This document shows, piece after piece, positions 13,110 to 24,849 of a stretch of DNA of 64,000 nucleotides. A program made the translations under genes and the position numbers. The stretch comes from Amphiscolops sp. MND2022 (lineage: Eukaryota), in NCBI GenBank assembly GCA_964187785.1, contig OZ076409.1, forward strand, positions 95,916,001 to 95,980,000, read 5' to 3'. Under the pieces are notes generated by a model. The model was given only the letters and a program-made list of their open reading frames with translations. It did not search any database and had not been told where the DNA came from. Within the stretch, counting starts at the first letter, position 1; each line of letters opens with the position of its first letter.

Positions 13110-14189
13110 CCCGGGTCGACTCTCCATGGATATCTTAGTAAGATCTTGGCAAAATCTTGCCAAGATCTTGGAAAAATCTTAGCTAAGATCGTGACAAGGT
13201 ATTGCCAAGAATTGCAAGATGCCATGGTAAGATCTTATCAAGAGAGCCATGTTTCCAAAAAAAACTTACTAAGAAGCCCAATATGGCAAGAAAAATCTTA
13301 CTAAGAAGCCCAATATGGCAAGAAAAATCTGGCTAAGAAGCCGAATATGGCAAGAAAAAAATTGCTACGAACTGCTCGATATCGGGAAAAAGTAGAATCA
13401 GAAAACCGTTAAATTAAGAGTTATGGAAAAATAATCTAGACATCACTCAAAACAAAATTACTGAATGATTTTTACAACCATTTCGATATCGATATTGTTC
13501 TTTCAATTGCAAAAGTGTCGCCAACAACGGCGTCAGAAAAGCCTTGAGCTGAATCATTACCCAAATTAGAGCAATGACAGCCGTTTCTAGCAGTAATAAG
13601 GCTGCTGAAACTGGCTCAAAGAAAGTTGGAAATATGATTTTTACAAAAATTTCAGGATTTTAAGGTCTTTCCTCTGTAACTTTCCGATAGTGGGTCTGGA
13701 CGTGTGAGAGCATACTTCTCCGCCTCTGGAATCGACAGGAGTGATAAATTACAAGTTTTGGAAAGCCCTTGAAATGACCTTTCATTTGGTACACTCGCAT
13801 TTCTCAGTGCTAAACAGGTGAGCAGTTATTAGGATTCTCGTCAAAATTTTGGAGGTCAGACTACATTATCGTAATTTTTCACGCATTTTTGCATGCAAAA
13901 GTTTTTCAGCAGGTTTAAGCATTTTGATTATGAAAACGAGTAAAAATCGTCGTTGTTGGGTGAAATGAGCCTTTAGATTGAGTCTTGGCTGCTTTTACCG
14001 AAGGTATACTATTTTTTTATGATCTTAAAATTTTGTCCATCGTGATAAGATACGATCTTGGAATAAGTATTATCTTAGTAAGATCTTAATAAGAATCTTG
14101 CCATGGGATCCATGGTTGCCAAGATGTAGTATGAATTTGGCAAGATCTTGCCAAGACAGCCAAGATGCTAGTAAGAGTGTCAACCCGGG
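13110..14189. mobile_element. Non-autonomous TIR DNA transposon (MITE), TA target
   Basis: TA|cccgggtcgactctc ... gagtgtcaacccggg|TA (13/15 TIR); many subterminal aagatcttggc/gccaagatctt motifs at both ends. Confidence 0.85.
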
Positions 14190-14615
14190 TAAACAAGTGA
14201 CGTTATGATACTTAGCAATAAAGAGTTATGATGATGTAAGAATACCTATTTTAGAACCATTACACGCAAATTCATGGGTGTCATAGGCATTTTAGTATAG
14301 ATATCAAGCACCTGTTTACGGAGGAGCCATTGATGATACACGACGACTACTATCGATATTGAATCCTTATCCTCTGTCATTCATTTTGATACCTCAAACT
14401 CTGTCATTTGTATCGCTATCAATTTAGTCGTAACATCCGCAATTTCTTTCTTGCTATGCCTTCAACTAGAAAGCAAAAGGCTCAACAGAAATGTTCAAGG
14501 CTTGTTTGTGATGTAATATTGGAAACTTAAATTTATTGATGGAAACTTTCCCTGAAACTGACTCATTAAATGAACCTGAAAATGAACAAGGATAAGCTGA
14601 CTCAGCGTCAGCAGG

Positions 14616-15919
14616 ACTACCAGAAAATATCAACAGGTTAAGTGGAGATATTAGATCTCTCCTCAAAAGCAAAGGTAGAGAAAACAGTGACATATCGGTA
14701 GAAACCGTTAGAATTATTAATGAAGAATTAGGTACCCGAATGACTAGAAAACTAGAAGATCAATGTGAGACTGGACTCACTACCAGAAAATACCAACAGG
14801 TTAAGTGGAGATATTAGATCTCTCCTCAATAGCAAAGGTAGAGAAAACAGTGACATATCGGTAGAAACCGTTAGAATTATTAATGAAGAATTAGGTACCC
14901 GAATGACTAGAAAACTAGAAGATCAATGTGAGACTGGACTCACTACCAGAAAATACCAACAGGTTAAGTGGAGATATTAGATCTCTCCTCAATAGCAAAG
15001 GTAGAGAAAACAGTGACATATCGGTAGAAACCGTGAGAATTATTAATGAAGAATTAGGTACCCGAATGACTAGAAAACTAGAAGATCAATGTGAGACTGG
15101 ACTCACTACCAGAAAATACCAACAGGTTAAGTGGAGATATTAGATCTCTCCTCAATAGCAAAGGTAGAGAAAACAGTGACATATCGGTAGAAACCGTTAG
15201 AATTATTAATGAAGAATTAGGTACCCGAATGACTAGAAAACTAGAAGATCAATGTGAGACTGGACTCACTACCAGAAAATACCAACAGGTTAAGTGGAGA
15301 TATTAGATCTCTCCTCAATAGCAAAGGTAGAGAAAACAGTGACATATCGGTAGAAACCGTTAGAATTATTAATGAAGAATTAGGTACCCGAATGACTAGA
15401 AAACTAGAAGATCAATGTGAGACTGGACTCACTACCAGAAAATACCAACAGGTTAAGTGGAGATATTAGATCTCTCCTCAATAGCAAAGGTAGAGAAAAC
15501 AGTGACATATCGGTAGAAACCGTTAGAATTATTAATGAAGAATTAGGTACCCGAATGACTAGAAAACTAGAAGATCAATGTGAGACTGGACTCACTACCA
15601 GAAAATACCAACAGGTTAAGTGGAGATATCAGATCTCTCCTCAATAGCAAAGGTAGAGAAAACAGTGACATATCGGTAGAAACCGTTAGAATTATTAATG
15701 AAGAATTAGGTACCCGAATGACTAGAAAACTAGAAGATCAATGTGAGACTGGACTCACTACCAGAAAATACCAACAGGTTAAGTGGAGATATCAGATCTC
15801 TCCTCAATAGCAAAGGTAGAGAAAACAGTGACATATCGGTAGAAACCGTTAGAATTATTAATGAAGAATTAGGTACCCGAATGACTAAAAAACTAGAAGA
15901 TCAATGTGAGACTGGACTC
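14616..15919 (+). repeat. 163-bp tandem array, 8 near-identical units
   Basis: Period of 163 read directly (ORF starts 14765, 14928, ... 15743). Only a handful of unit-specific substitutions. Confidence 0.97.
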
Positions 15920-16578
15920 ACAATTGTTAGCAGCTGTTAATTCTGCAATTACCGAGAAGGTTGTTCCCGGGATACAGAAAAACATAGCGGTATTTGAGAA
16001 CTGGCTAACTGCGAAGTCGGACCTCGGTCCAGGGAGTAGACAGGAATTCCGGAGATACTCGTATTGGTGAAATTGCCTCTAACTTGACCAAAACGGGTAG
16101 AAACACTGATAATCTCGATCGTCATGTTAGGAAAGCTCATTTGACTCTGAACTAGGTGAAAGAGATTCTGACATCTGCAATGCGAACACATATGTTTCAC
16201 GCATATGTGAAGTTTCACGCTTTCCAGAACACAAGCTTGACTGTTTTGTGTTAAATTACCACCGTCAAGGCGAATTCCTTTATCGATACAAATTACTTAA
16301 ACGGTCGTGTTAACTTCTTCATTAGGAATTCCAGAAGGCCTTGAACCTTCCAAATAGATCGGCGAGTATAGGATCAACAAGCCGTGTATCAAATTGTATA
16401 GTAACCGTCCGAATTGTATTCGAAAGTTTTGTTACCTAAAATTGTTTTCCTATTGTTTCCTTTGATCCCAAAATATTTCTCAGCTCGATTCTTTCACGTG
16501 CTTTTCATGCACCTGCTCGTTGGTAGCCCTGTCACAGTGTCGACTGTTTCTCAGTTGGCCAGCCAAGACATTAAAAAC

Positions 16579-16922
16579 TAATGTTTTCGAGGTAGTTTTA
16601 TGATTATTTGAGGAGAGACTATTTTTCACGATTTTTGTAACGTAACACTGAAAAAACCTTATTTCATCACCCAATTACACTTTTTTCAACTAAATATAGC
16701 ACATATTCGGTCCTTATAAGCCCTGAATCGGTTTTGGATTTTTCCGTGTTCCAGTCCTTGGCAGCGTATCTCCAGGATTCCCCAGGACTAGTAAAGACTG
16801 GTCCAGGACTTGTAAGGCTAAAAGTGGCAGCACATGTAAGGACTGGTCCAGAACTTGACAAGTCCTTACCAGTCCTTGGGAATCCTTGGCAGTCCTGGAA
16901 TTCAAAATTTTGTCAGTACGGG
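16579..16922 (-). mobile_element. Second copy of the one-ended cccgtactgac DNA-transposon fragment
   Basis: Inverted near-identity to 7888-8205. Confidence 0.65.
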
Positions 16923-17341
16923 AACATTGATTACCAAATAATTTTTAGAAAAATGCAAATTAGCATTTAATGAAGCCAGCGTCCAAAAACGTTAGGTTTT
17001 CATTTTCAATGTTGCGACAAATCCATTCCGAACAAGAAAAATGAGTCAATGAAAGTTACGTTTTGACCTTTCTCAGCAAGTTTTAAACAGATCATGAACT
17101 CGCGAAAAATTTATAAAAAGTTGCTGCTGGGAAAATATCTAAAAAGTTCGAAGATAACATTCTTCATCAAAAACTGTAATGCTAGATATCATATTCATTC
17201 AAAGGAAAACAAATTGACTTCCTTTATTGAGTTCAAGAATAGAATCAACACAATATGTGAAGAATGAATGGATCCATAATATTGACGTATTATTTGCTTA
17301 TTCTTATTTTAAACGGACGTTTCATTAAACTTGAAACTTAC

Positions 17342-17344
17342 CAT
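17342..17344 (-). CDS. CFL: ADF/cofilin gene, coding exon 1 (ATG only)
   Basis: Minus strand reads caattATG|GTAAGT, a perfect donor directly after an ATG. An intron right after the start codon is typical of ADF/cofilin genes. It supplies the Met missing from exon 2 (DSGV...). This is the best candidate upstream of exon 2 but is not transcript-proven. Confidence 0.7.
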
Positions 17345-18700
17345 AATTGAGGAAATTAGTTATAACAAGTTAGAAGCAAAGTATTACTGAATAATAGTGC
17401 CAGGAAAGTAGGCAAAGCAATATACAATATCTTTGTATTGCGCAAAGTACGTGTTATTAGTACAAGGGAGCGGAAACTAGTGGAATACTCGATTATTATT
17501 GCGACTATGACTCAAACCGAGCTTAGCTTTTCCTATTCCAAGCGACGGAAGTGATCCGAAAATGCATTCACGACGTAGTGTTAGCCGTTTGGGGCCTCAA
17601 GCCAGATATATTCCTAATCGCTGGCTTCGTTAAAACCATGGCCGAATACCAATTTGGCCAAGTTACAGCCAAAAGTCAACGAAACATTCTATTCATTGCA
17701 TTTTAAATGGTAAGAGAATAAAAGTATTTTAACTCGGATAAAAGCATTTCATTTCAGATTTATCAAGCTGGAATATAGAAGTATGCATTCGGTGCATATG
17801 TTAATAGAACTTCTCAGTTGGTTGAGAATTCAACGGTTTCTCTGTTGCAGCGAAGTTAGGCTGCATTTTGCATGTGCGGCGCTGATAAAACAAGATCATG
17901 CTTTGCGCACGGACCCTTTACAAGCGAAAAGACCGTATATGGTCCGTTGTTGAAAGCATGCTGTTTGTTTTGTGAATAAACAAAAAGCTGGTGTGAAAGC
18001 CGGTTTGCTCTCCACCAATCGTTTGAACTCAGAAAATTTCGATGTTTGGACAAGGTCATTTTCACTGATATCGATCACAAAAACCACTCAACAAAAAACT
18101 ATAAACTCAGTAAACTCGCTACCTTTAGTTAGCGGATTGATTAACGTTCTTCTTTGTATTTAAGAGAAACGTCTTTTCCTCATGGATACTACGGTTGCTT
18201 AAACAGGCTCGATTTCGTTGGGGTTTGAAAACTTTTAGCCAATGTTGAATTAATTTTTGGCAAACCTTAACTTTGTGAACCTGTAGTTTGCGAATTCTAA
18301 AAGCTTCTAGTTCATACTTGAGCTTGGATTAATTGTTGCACTGAAAGAATTGAACAATTTTTTTAATGCACATGGGAAAAAAAAACTATCATTTGAATCA
18401 ATTTTCAACAATTTTATGCCATTTCTGAACCATTTTTGATACTTTTGTGAACCGAAAACAGTCAACATTTTCATTTTCGAACTTTTATTTTGTATGCTTC
18501 TGTACCAAGTATCAAGATCCAAAGGGTTGAAAAACAAACGATTTCATTACTTATTTTACCGTGAAGAAAAATGGTTGAATTCAACCAAGAAGTTTCAAAT
18601 TTTCAATTTTGAGTCAACATGGGCTAGTGGTTAGCGCATTTGGCTCGTATTATGGAGGTTTAGCTCCGAGTATCTCAACTCACTGTTGCTGCGTCTTGAA

Positions 18701-19115
18701 TAGGAAAACCAATTTTCGGCAACCGCCGAAATGCCGAAAACTGCCGAAAAAGCTCATTTTTTGCCGAAAATTAACTCAATTATGAATGATATGGATTTGT
18801 ATGATCCATTTAAACACGGGATCCAATTAAACTAGTACGCGAGAGGTGTGGAGATTTCAGAACCTGTACTAATCAGTATTTTTCAAAATGTGCACTGCAC
18901 TTCCGTCGATATCGAGAGATTTCTCTCCGTTCTGAAAGCGTTCAAAGCGGACCGACCGAACATTCTACCAGAAACTGTGCTGAAACTGATGTTTGTTACA
19001 TGCAATGAAAATCTGTAAGATTGCTTCCGAAATTTACAATTTTTACCAAAAATCGGATTTTTCAGCCGAATTTCTGCCGAAAACAGCTTTTTTTGGCCGA
19101 AAATTGGTTTTCCTA
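18701..19115 (+). mobile_element. hAT-superfamily deletion derivative (MITE) retaining the transposase C-terminus
   Basis: 20-bp perfect TIR taggaaaaccaattttcggc; 8-bp TSD gtcttgaa/gttttgaa. Frame 18881-19018 reads FQNVHCTSVDIERFLSVLKAFKADRPNILPETVLKLMFVTCNENL*, the hAT dimerisation-domain motif (SxxxERxFS...). Confidence 0.88.
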
Positions 19116-19829
19116 GTTTTGAACAAGCCATTGGTGGTTAGAGTCGGAAAGGAAAGGACCGTGGTTGTATCTAGATGTCGAGTACCTCGTACCGCTTACC
19201 TCTCTATTAGACAGCGAATTACGATCAACAGTAAACCTGGTTAGATCAGTGAATTCGTTCAAACGTCTGTCTTTCTGATGAAATTTTTCTAGCTTCCATT
19301 CCAACTCTCGGGTGATCTTTTTCTTATCTTTCTATGTAAAAATTCGAGGTGAAAAGGATGTTTCCCTGACGACGACTAGGAATCAATCTGTCAACTTCTA
19401 ACTCACTATTTTCTAGTCAGCTAAATGTTGAATCGTAGCTCTTCATTCAATGGCGTGTATTAAAGGTCATGTTTTCTTCAAACGCTTTTTAGCCGGCGCT
19501 TTAACAGTCGCGGTCATAAGAGTTGGGACACTATGGTTTTTTGAGTTTTTTTTCACAAAAACCACCACTTATTGATAAAACAGATAAACAAAAATAATCT
19601 TCATCAAAGTAATCAGGGCTTGAACTTTATGTTTCGACCAGTTGTAAATTTCATATTTTAATTAACTACCTGTCATATCGGTCGAAATGTTTTCAGTTGC
19701 GTTTTAGCAATCAGTCCTAACTGTTGTGTTCACGACTGTAGCTCTAACATGTGCATGGGTTAAAAGTATACTGCTGTGAAAAGATGAACAAAAATATTCA
19801 ACCCTTTTTAACTATCCTTGAGCAAGTTA

Positions 19830-20165
19830 AGTAACGTCAAGCGCAAAGCGTTTGTTACGCAACAAAAGGGTGGAGGAACTGATGTCATGGATATGGTCCG
19901 GGACAAACTATCAGCCCATTTTACTTCCAAAGGGTTGCCGGTCCCGAGGAGGGGGAACCGTCTTATCGGATGCTCTCTGGCCTGATACCAGTCTCTGACC
20001 GCTAGAAATTACGGGAATTGCACTGAAATTGAGAACCACCGTATAAAAATCTCAAAAAACTGGATTTAGTTGATAACTGAATTTGCTCCAGTGGGAATCG
20101 CTTTACAAGTAAACGCAATATTCAATGAAATAGCATTAGCCCTTGAGCATATTATCATCTAAATA
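19830..20165 (-). mobile_element. Old, diverged LTR fragment related to the 23364-24078 LTR
   Basis: Shared blocks tggaggaact, tccgggac, gggggaaccgtctt, ctctctggcctg, gagcatat in the same order. Confidence 0.7.
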
Positions 20166-20907
20166 CATGATAATGAGGTCTTGAGGTCTTTAATAATACC
20201 TTGAGGTCTTGCTTCTTGCCATCAACAGAGTCTGCATTGTCCACAAATTGTTGATACAGAGCTAGTCTCGAGCTAGAAAACAAGTACTCAAAAATGCACT
20301 TTGAAAGTGATCAAATTTAAAATTCCATACAACAATCTAAGAGCACCAATTTGTTAACACGAGTTTTCTGCACCAAAACTAAATGGGATTCCGCTAGCAC
20401 TTTTTTGAACGTGTAAATTTTCTTTTATGGAGCTCGTGAGCTCCATGGCGTACGTGGTTCTCATCAATTTTTTTTCAAGGCAGTGAAACTTCAGTTTGCA
20501 GAACGTTAAAAGATGATCTCGATAAAACTTCTTGTCAGCGGAAACCAATGTTTAAAGGGAAGACGAGCTGTTTTTCGATACTTCTATTGTTCAATGTTCG
20601 ACTTGGTTTGCAACACGCACTGATGTGCAGCTCCATACCTGTATAGAGTTCAGTAGCATCTGTCAAAGAGCGCATCAAAAGCAAACTACGAACTGCTCGT
20701 AAGAGTAAGCACTGGAGTAAAGTAGGCAGAGATAGACAAAAGTCTGCATTTCGAATATCTGGAGCGCGCAAGCTCCGCATTTTTAGAGTATCACGTTTAA
20801 ACCTCGAAGAAATTACTGGAAACATTGGTAAAATACACAAATCAAAAGTAGCCCCTTTCTGCGATGCCATACATTTAGAGTTTTCAGAGTTATTTATTTC
20901 ATTTGTA

Positions 20908-21019
20908 GAAGTCGTAAACCCGTAAGCACACCCTTGACCGGTCAGGTCAGTCACAAACTGCTCGTAAGGCGCGTCTTTGTCGGCCGAAATCAACCAAGTG
21001 ATAGTATTCTCATCTGATT
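20908..21019 (-). pseudogene. Orphan duplicate of the cofilin intron 2/exon 3 boundary
   Basis: ~110-bp near-identity to 7664-7775. The acceptor is mutated (tttag->tttcg), there is a 1-nt deletion in GLYD, and the copy is truncated. Confidence 0.85.
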
Positions 21020-21020
21020 C

Positions 21021-21382
21021 GGTGGTGGTTAGAGCATTCGTCTTGTACTGGGGCGGTATTAGGTTCGAATTTCGCTCAACTTGTCATTGTTGGTCCTAGA
21101 GCATGTCCTTCATCCTTCATCCCTAGTTTAATGGTATGGTTAATGACAAAACATAACGCATTCGGGGGAAAAAGCAAAAAAAACGAGAGCAACAGTGAGC
21201 AGTCAGACCTATCTGACCTCGAAGAAGTCACTCAGAATGTACAGCTTCAAGCCGATCATTGCTTGACCATTCGGCTGCACATAACTTGCTATGGGGAGAT
21301 GGTATCCAGAATGGAGCCCACTTAGAAAAGCAGAACTGCTTATTCGGCGTTCACCCCGCAGAATGAGGTAAACTAACTTTCT
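21021..21382 (+). mobile_element. tRNA-derived SINE (second copy)
   Basis: ggtggtggttagagc...aggttcgaatt head; tail gcagaactgcttattcggcg...aactttct as in 8373-8745. Confidence 0.75.
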
Positions 21383-22343
21383 TCTTCTATACTACTATCG
21401 TACTTCTAAAACTCGGTTTTCAACTTTCATATACATCAATGTGGGCAAATTCCAAACTTCATTGGCTATCCTGGAAACCAAAATTCGTTGATACGGGCAA
21501 TTTTCAAAACCTCAAGTTTGGTTGCGGGTCCTATTAACGGAAAACGATATTTTATTCGCAGAAAAAAGTTTCCCTCTTAGTGTAAACACCCTCATTCATT
21601 CATCCACAAGGAAAACTATCCATTTCAGAACTTCGCAAAATTCTAAAATTTAATTTGTAATATCTGCTGTTTTTACTTCAACTTTTCTTTTTGTTTTTGG
21701 GGGGCCTCAAATTTTCAATATTTTGTCTAAACCGCTCATAATGCTGTTATTACATAATACTTAAAACCGATAATTTTTTATTGAAGATTTTTACAAAACT
21801 TTGCGTTGCTTGTGATGCCATCTCGTGCACATTGAATTGAACGCACATTTCTGTAATAACTTAAACATAACTTTATCATTGCAGGTTGTTTGGCCATAAT
21901 TGTTTTACTGCTTCAATTACAAGTTATGTTTTGTCTTTTCTCTCTTATTTAAAACTGAAAAATGTTTTCTGAAGCTTTGAAAATGCGAGCTCTCAAGTAT
22001 CACAGAGTACCGCTTCAATTATTGACACTGTTGTTTTACAAACAAGCCGTTTTTGTGGGGAAACATTGCTGGATTGTAGTTTTTATCAGTATTGCGGTTT
22101 CTTTGAGTTTAAGTATTTCTTGGCTGATGCCGAAACACCAAACTCCCAAGGACGCCATTAAAGAAACAGCGCATATGTATGCTGTAGAAAACGGGCGGTA
22201 TCATCAAAACGCAATATGGGTACAAAAACGTTTCAGTGATCAAAATAATCTTACGAAAGAAACGTGGCCTCATCAAAAGGTTAGTGTTTTAATTACCATG
22301 ATCTATTTAGTGTCGTGTCCCCAGCTCCCCATTTAGCGTTGTG

Positions 22344-23282
22344 TTTTTAGGTGGCGCCTTTTCCCCTAAGGAAAAAAGCCCGACTATTACAATGGGTAGT
22401 TTTTGTCGGCGCTTTTCTAGAGAAAAGTGCCCGACACTTACAGTGGCTAGTTTTTTTTTCGTCAGACTACAATCTCACTCTGATTGGGCCACTTTTCTTA
22501 CAATCGAAACTACTAAAACTACTAGCATAAGGCCGAGTCCGGTCAGCGGAAATTAGTGCAAAAGGGTCCCCCCTTTCATATTTTACTATTTTACCGTAGC
22601 CTAAAAAACCGGACGAGACTAAAGGGTCCCCCCTTTCAATTTTTTTTCGACATTGTGCCACTTTTTTTCAAAAATTTTTTAATGTATCAAAAGAGTCCCC
22701 CTTTCGAGTTTTTGATATTTTGCAACAAAATATATGTTGATGAAGCCCAAAGGGTCCCCCTTTTACATTTTTCGGCACTATGCCACTATTTCTGAAAGAC
22801 TTTAGACGTTCCCGTCTTGTTTTCTTTTTCAGCTGACAATCTCACTCTGAATGGTCCACTTTTTTTACAATCTTTTGTTCATTTGTTCAACTAAATTTCT
22901 GAGAAGCAGGAGATCGTGGGTTCGATTCTCGCACTAAACCACAAATTTTTTATGCTTCCAAAAGTAGAGGCGAGGCCAAAGGGTCCCCTTTGGGTTTTTT
23001 CCGGCACTATGCGACTTTTTTCGAAAATTTTCGAATTTTATCAAAGTGTACCCCCTTGCATTTTTTGAAGTTTTCGGTTTGTTAAAACGTTTAATGAGCC
23101 TGAATGGCCTCTTTTTGAGTTTTTCAGCATTGTGCGACTTTTTTTAAAAAACACTTTTTTGAAAAAATTAGTTTTTTCCAAAAATACTTTTTTGAAAAAA
23201 AATATTTTTCCAAATGTTTCAAATAGTTGTTCTTTGAATTTTTTTGAGCCTTAGATATGGCGCCGACTTGGGACGTTCCCGA
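22344..23282 (+). mobile_element. Two abutting HINE/DINE-1-like copies
   Basis: 5' tttttaggtggcgc / ttttgtcggcgc ends; 3' ends at ~22821 (agacgttcccgtcttgtt) and ~23282 (gcgccgacttgggacgttccc). Confidence 0.7.
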
Positions 23283-23363
23283 CGCCGACAAGGGAAACAT
23301 GTTGTTGTGATGAGATCTTACTAACAAAGCCATGATTTCAAAAAATTGGAAAATGACACCTTC

Positions 23364-24078
23364 TGTAACGATAAGCGCTGGCGCTTGAACCGCAACGTAG
23401 AATGGAGGAACTAGAACAGCGAATGTAATCCGGGACTTAGATCTCCGCGGCCCTAGCTCATTTTCCCTCCGAAGGAGCCAGTCCCAAGGTGGGGGAACCG
23501 TCTTGTTGGAAACTCTCTGGCCTGGTCCTAGTCTGTAACTGCTAAAAGTAACGGGCATCTTGCATGTCTCAAGACCACTGCTCAATTAGCCTTTAAAAAG
23601 AGGACTGAAAACAGGGGGATGTTGAGCCATAGTATTGGAGAATCTGATAAAATCGACATCAAAAAGGGGTAACCATAGATGTAAATGGGCAGCTCTCGAG
23701 CATATCAATCTACTACAACAAGGAAAGCACAATAAGCATAACAATATCAGAAGTTTGAGTTATTTAGCAGGAGCGAATTGACCATGGCTTCCCAGCGCTA
23801 GCGCTCGTCACCGCACAGGACGCCGCAGGATCTTCAGGCGAGCATCTGGAACACCGGTTTCTGTTACCTATGTAGTGTAAACGCCAAAGATGGGCACTTC
23901 ACCGTGTTCTAGGGACTGTTTTCTACGTCTTCTCTTTTCGTCGTCTCTCGCGGGGGCGATTTCTGATTTCTGATCTGCTTTTTTTGACAGGTCTTTCGTC
24001 TGGAGCATGTGTGAGTGCCACGTCAGATTTGAACGAATTTTTGCTTCGAAAATTTTGACATGGGCAGTTGCCGTTACA
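23364..24078 (-). repeat. 3' LTR of element A
   Basis: Direct repeat of 41551-42265; preceded on minus by PPT cccggggagtga. Confidence 0.97.
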
Positions 24079-24090
24079 TCACTCCCCGGG
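24079..24090 (-). other. Polypurine tract of element A
   Basis: Minus cccggggagtga|TGT; element B has the equivalent cccggggagga|TGT. Confidence 0.7.
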
Positions 24091-24849
24091 CTTCTGGCTT
24101 GTCGTCCCTGGCAAGCGGCATCTGGCCTCGTCTGGAAACGGCATCGCAGAGACTGCTGGGGACCATCATCCACACCACAGGGGACAAGGACGAGTCCTTG
24201 TTTTTCAGCAACTATTTTTGACAAATTTCGCGGTTTTTTTCAAAGAAAATTTTACTGCCTAGTATTTTTACAAAAAGTGCAAACGAGGTTTTAGCAACAG
24301 CTCGAGAGCTAAGGTTTTCAGTCGGTTAAAACTCGTTTGGGCAAGCAGTTTTCGCTAAAAATTCTTTTGCGACCAAGGTCAGCTAAAATTTTCTTTTTTA
24401 TGCAACTTGACATTTACAGTTTTCGATCAATTTCGGACAACATAAAACTTCTTTTGGGAGGGCGCCGCTTCGGCTACTCCTTAGACAGTCGATAGAAGAT
24501 GCTTGAGCACCAAAACACAAGGAAAAACGGCAAAAATCGTAACTAAAAGGCTAAGACTTTTTCTAGACCATGGCAACTCGAAAACACCGCGAACGGTGCG
24601 CAACAGAAATAACAGTTTTTCTTTGGTAATAAATTCTTTTTTACTTTGTAGGCGAAGCAGCTGGGGCAGGTGCACTCTATTGACCGTACACCCAGCGCAG
24701 TACTAACAGTACAATAACTAAGTAATAACTATGAACAAAAATTTGCACCATGTAAGGGTAGCACCGGCTAAAGCGATAAGTTTGAAGGCACAGTTTCGGT
24801 AGAGTTTAGAGTCTATAGGGAGCGCGAACGCTCCCATTGGCGGCAGGGT

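Larger units (their letters stand above)
12569..16173 (+). mobile_element. Solo Gypsy LTR (TGTCGCA family) carrying a degenerate gag N-terminus, a nested MITE and a tandem array
   Basis: TGTCGCAAGC...TCTGACA flanked by 5-bp TSD TCTGC (12564-12568 / 16174-16178). ATG at 14456 begins MPSTRKQKAQQK, homologous to the ORF in the LTR at 53505-55143. Confidence 0.85.

Noticed and set aside
14616..15919. CRISPR-like array / seven repeated 71-76-aa ORFs
   Set aside because: Units are contiguous and near-identical with no unique spacers; the ORFs are by-products of a tandemly amplified gag fragment.
17500..17800. Divergent gene head-to-head with cofilin (cggaagtg motif, ATG|gtaaga at 17707)
   Set aside because: The spliced frame stops after 7 codons; it could be non-coding, but is unsupported.
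20354..20900. 152-aa and 64-aa minus ORFs / possible receptor relic
   Set aside because: Only the first ~30 aa are explained (cofilin duplicate); the rest has no convincing motif.
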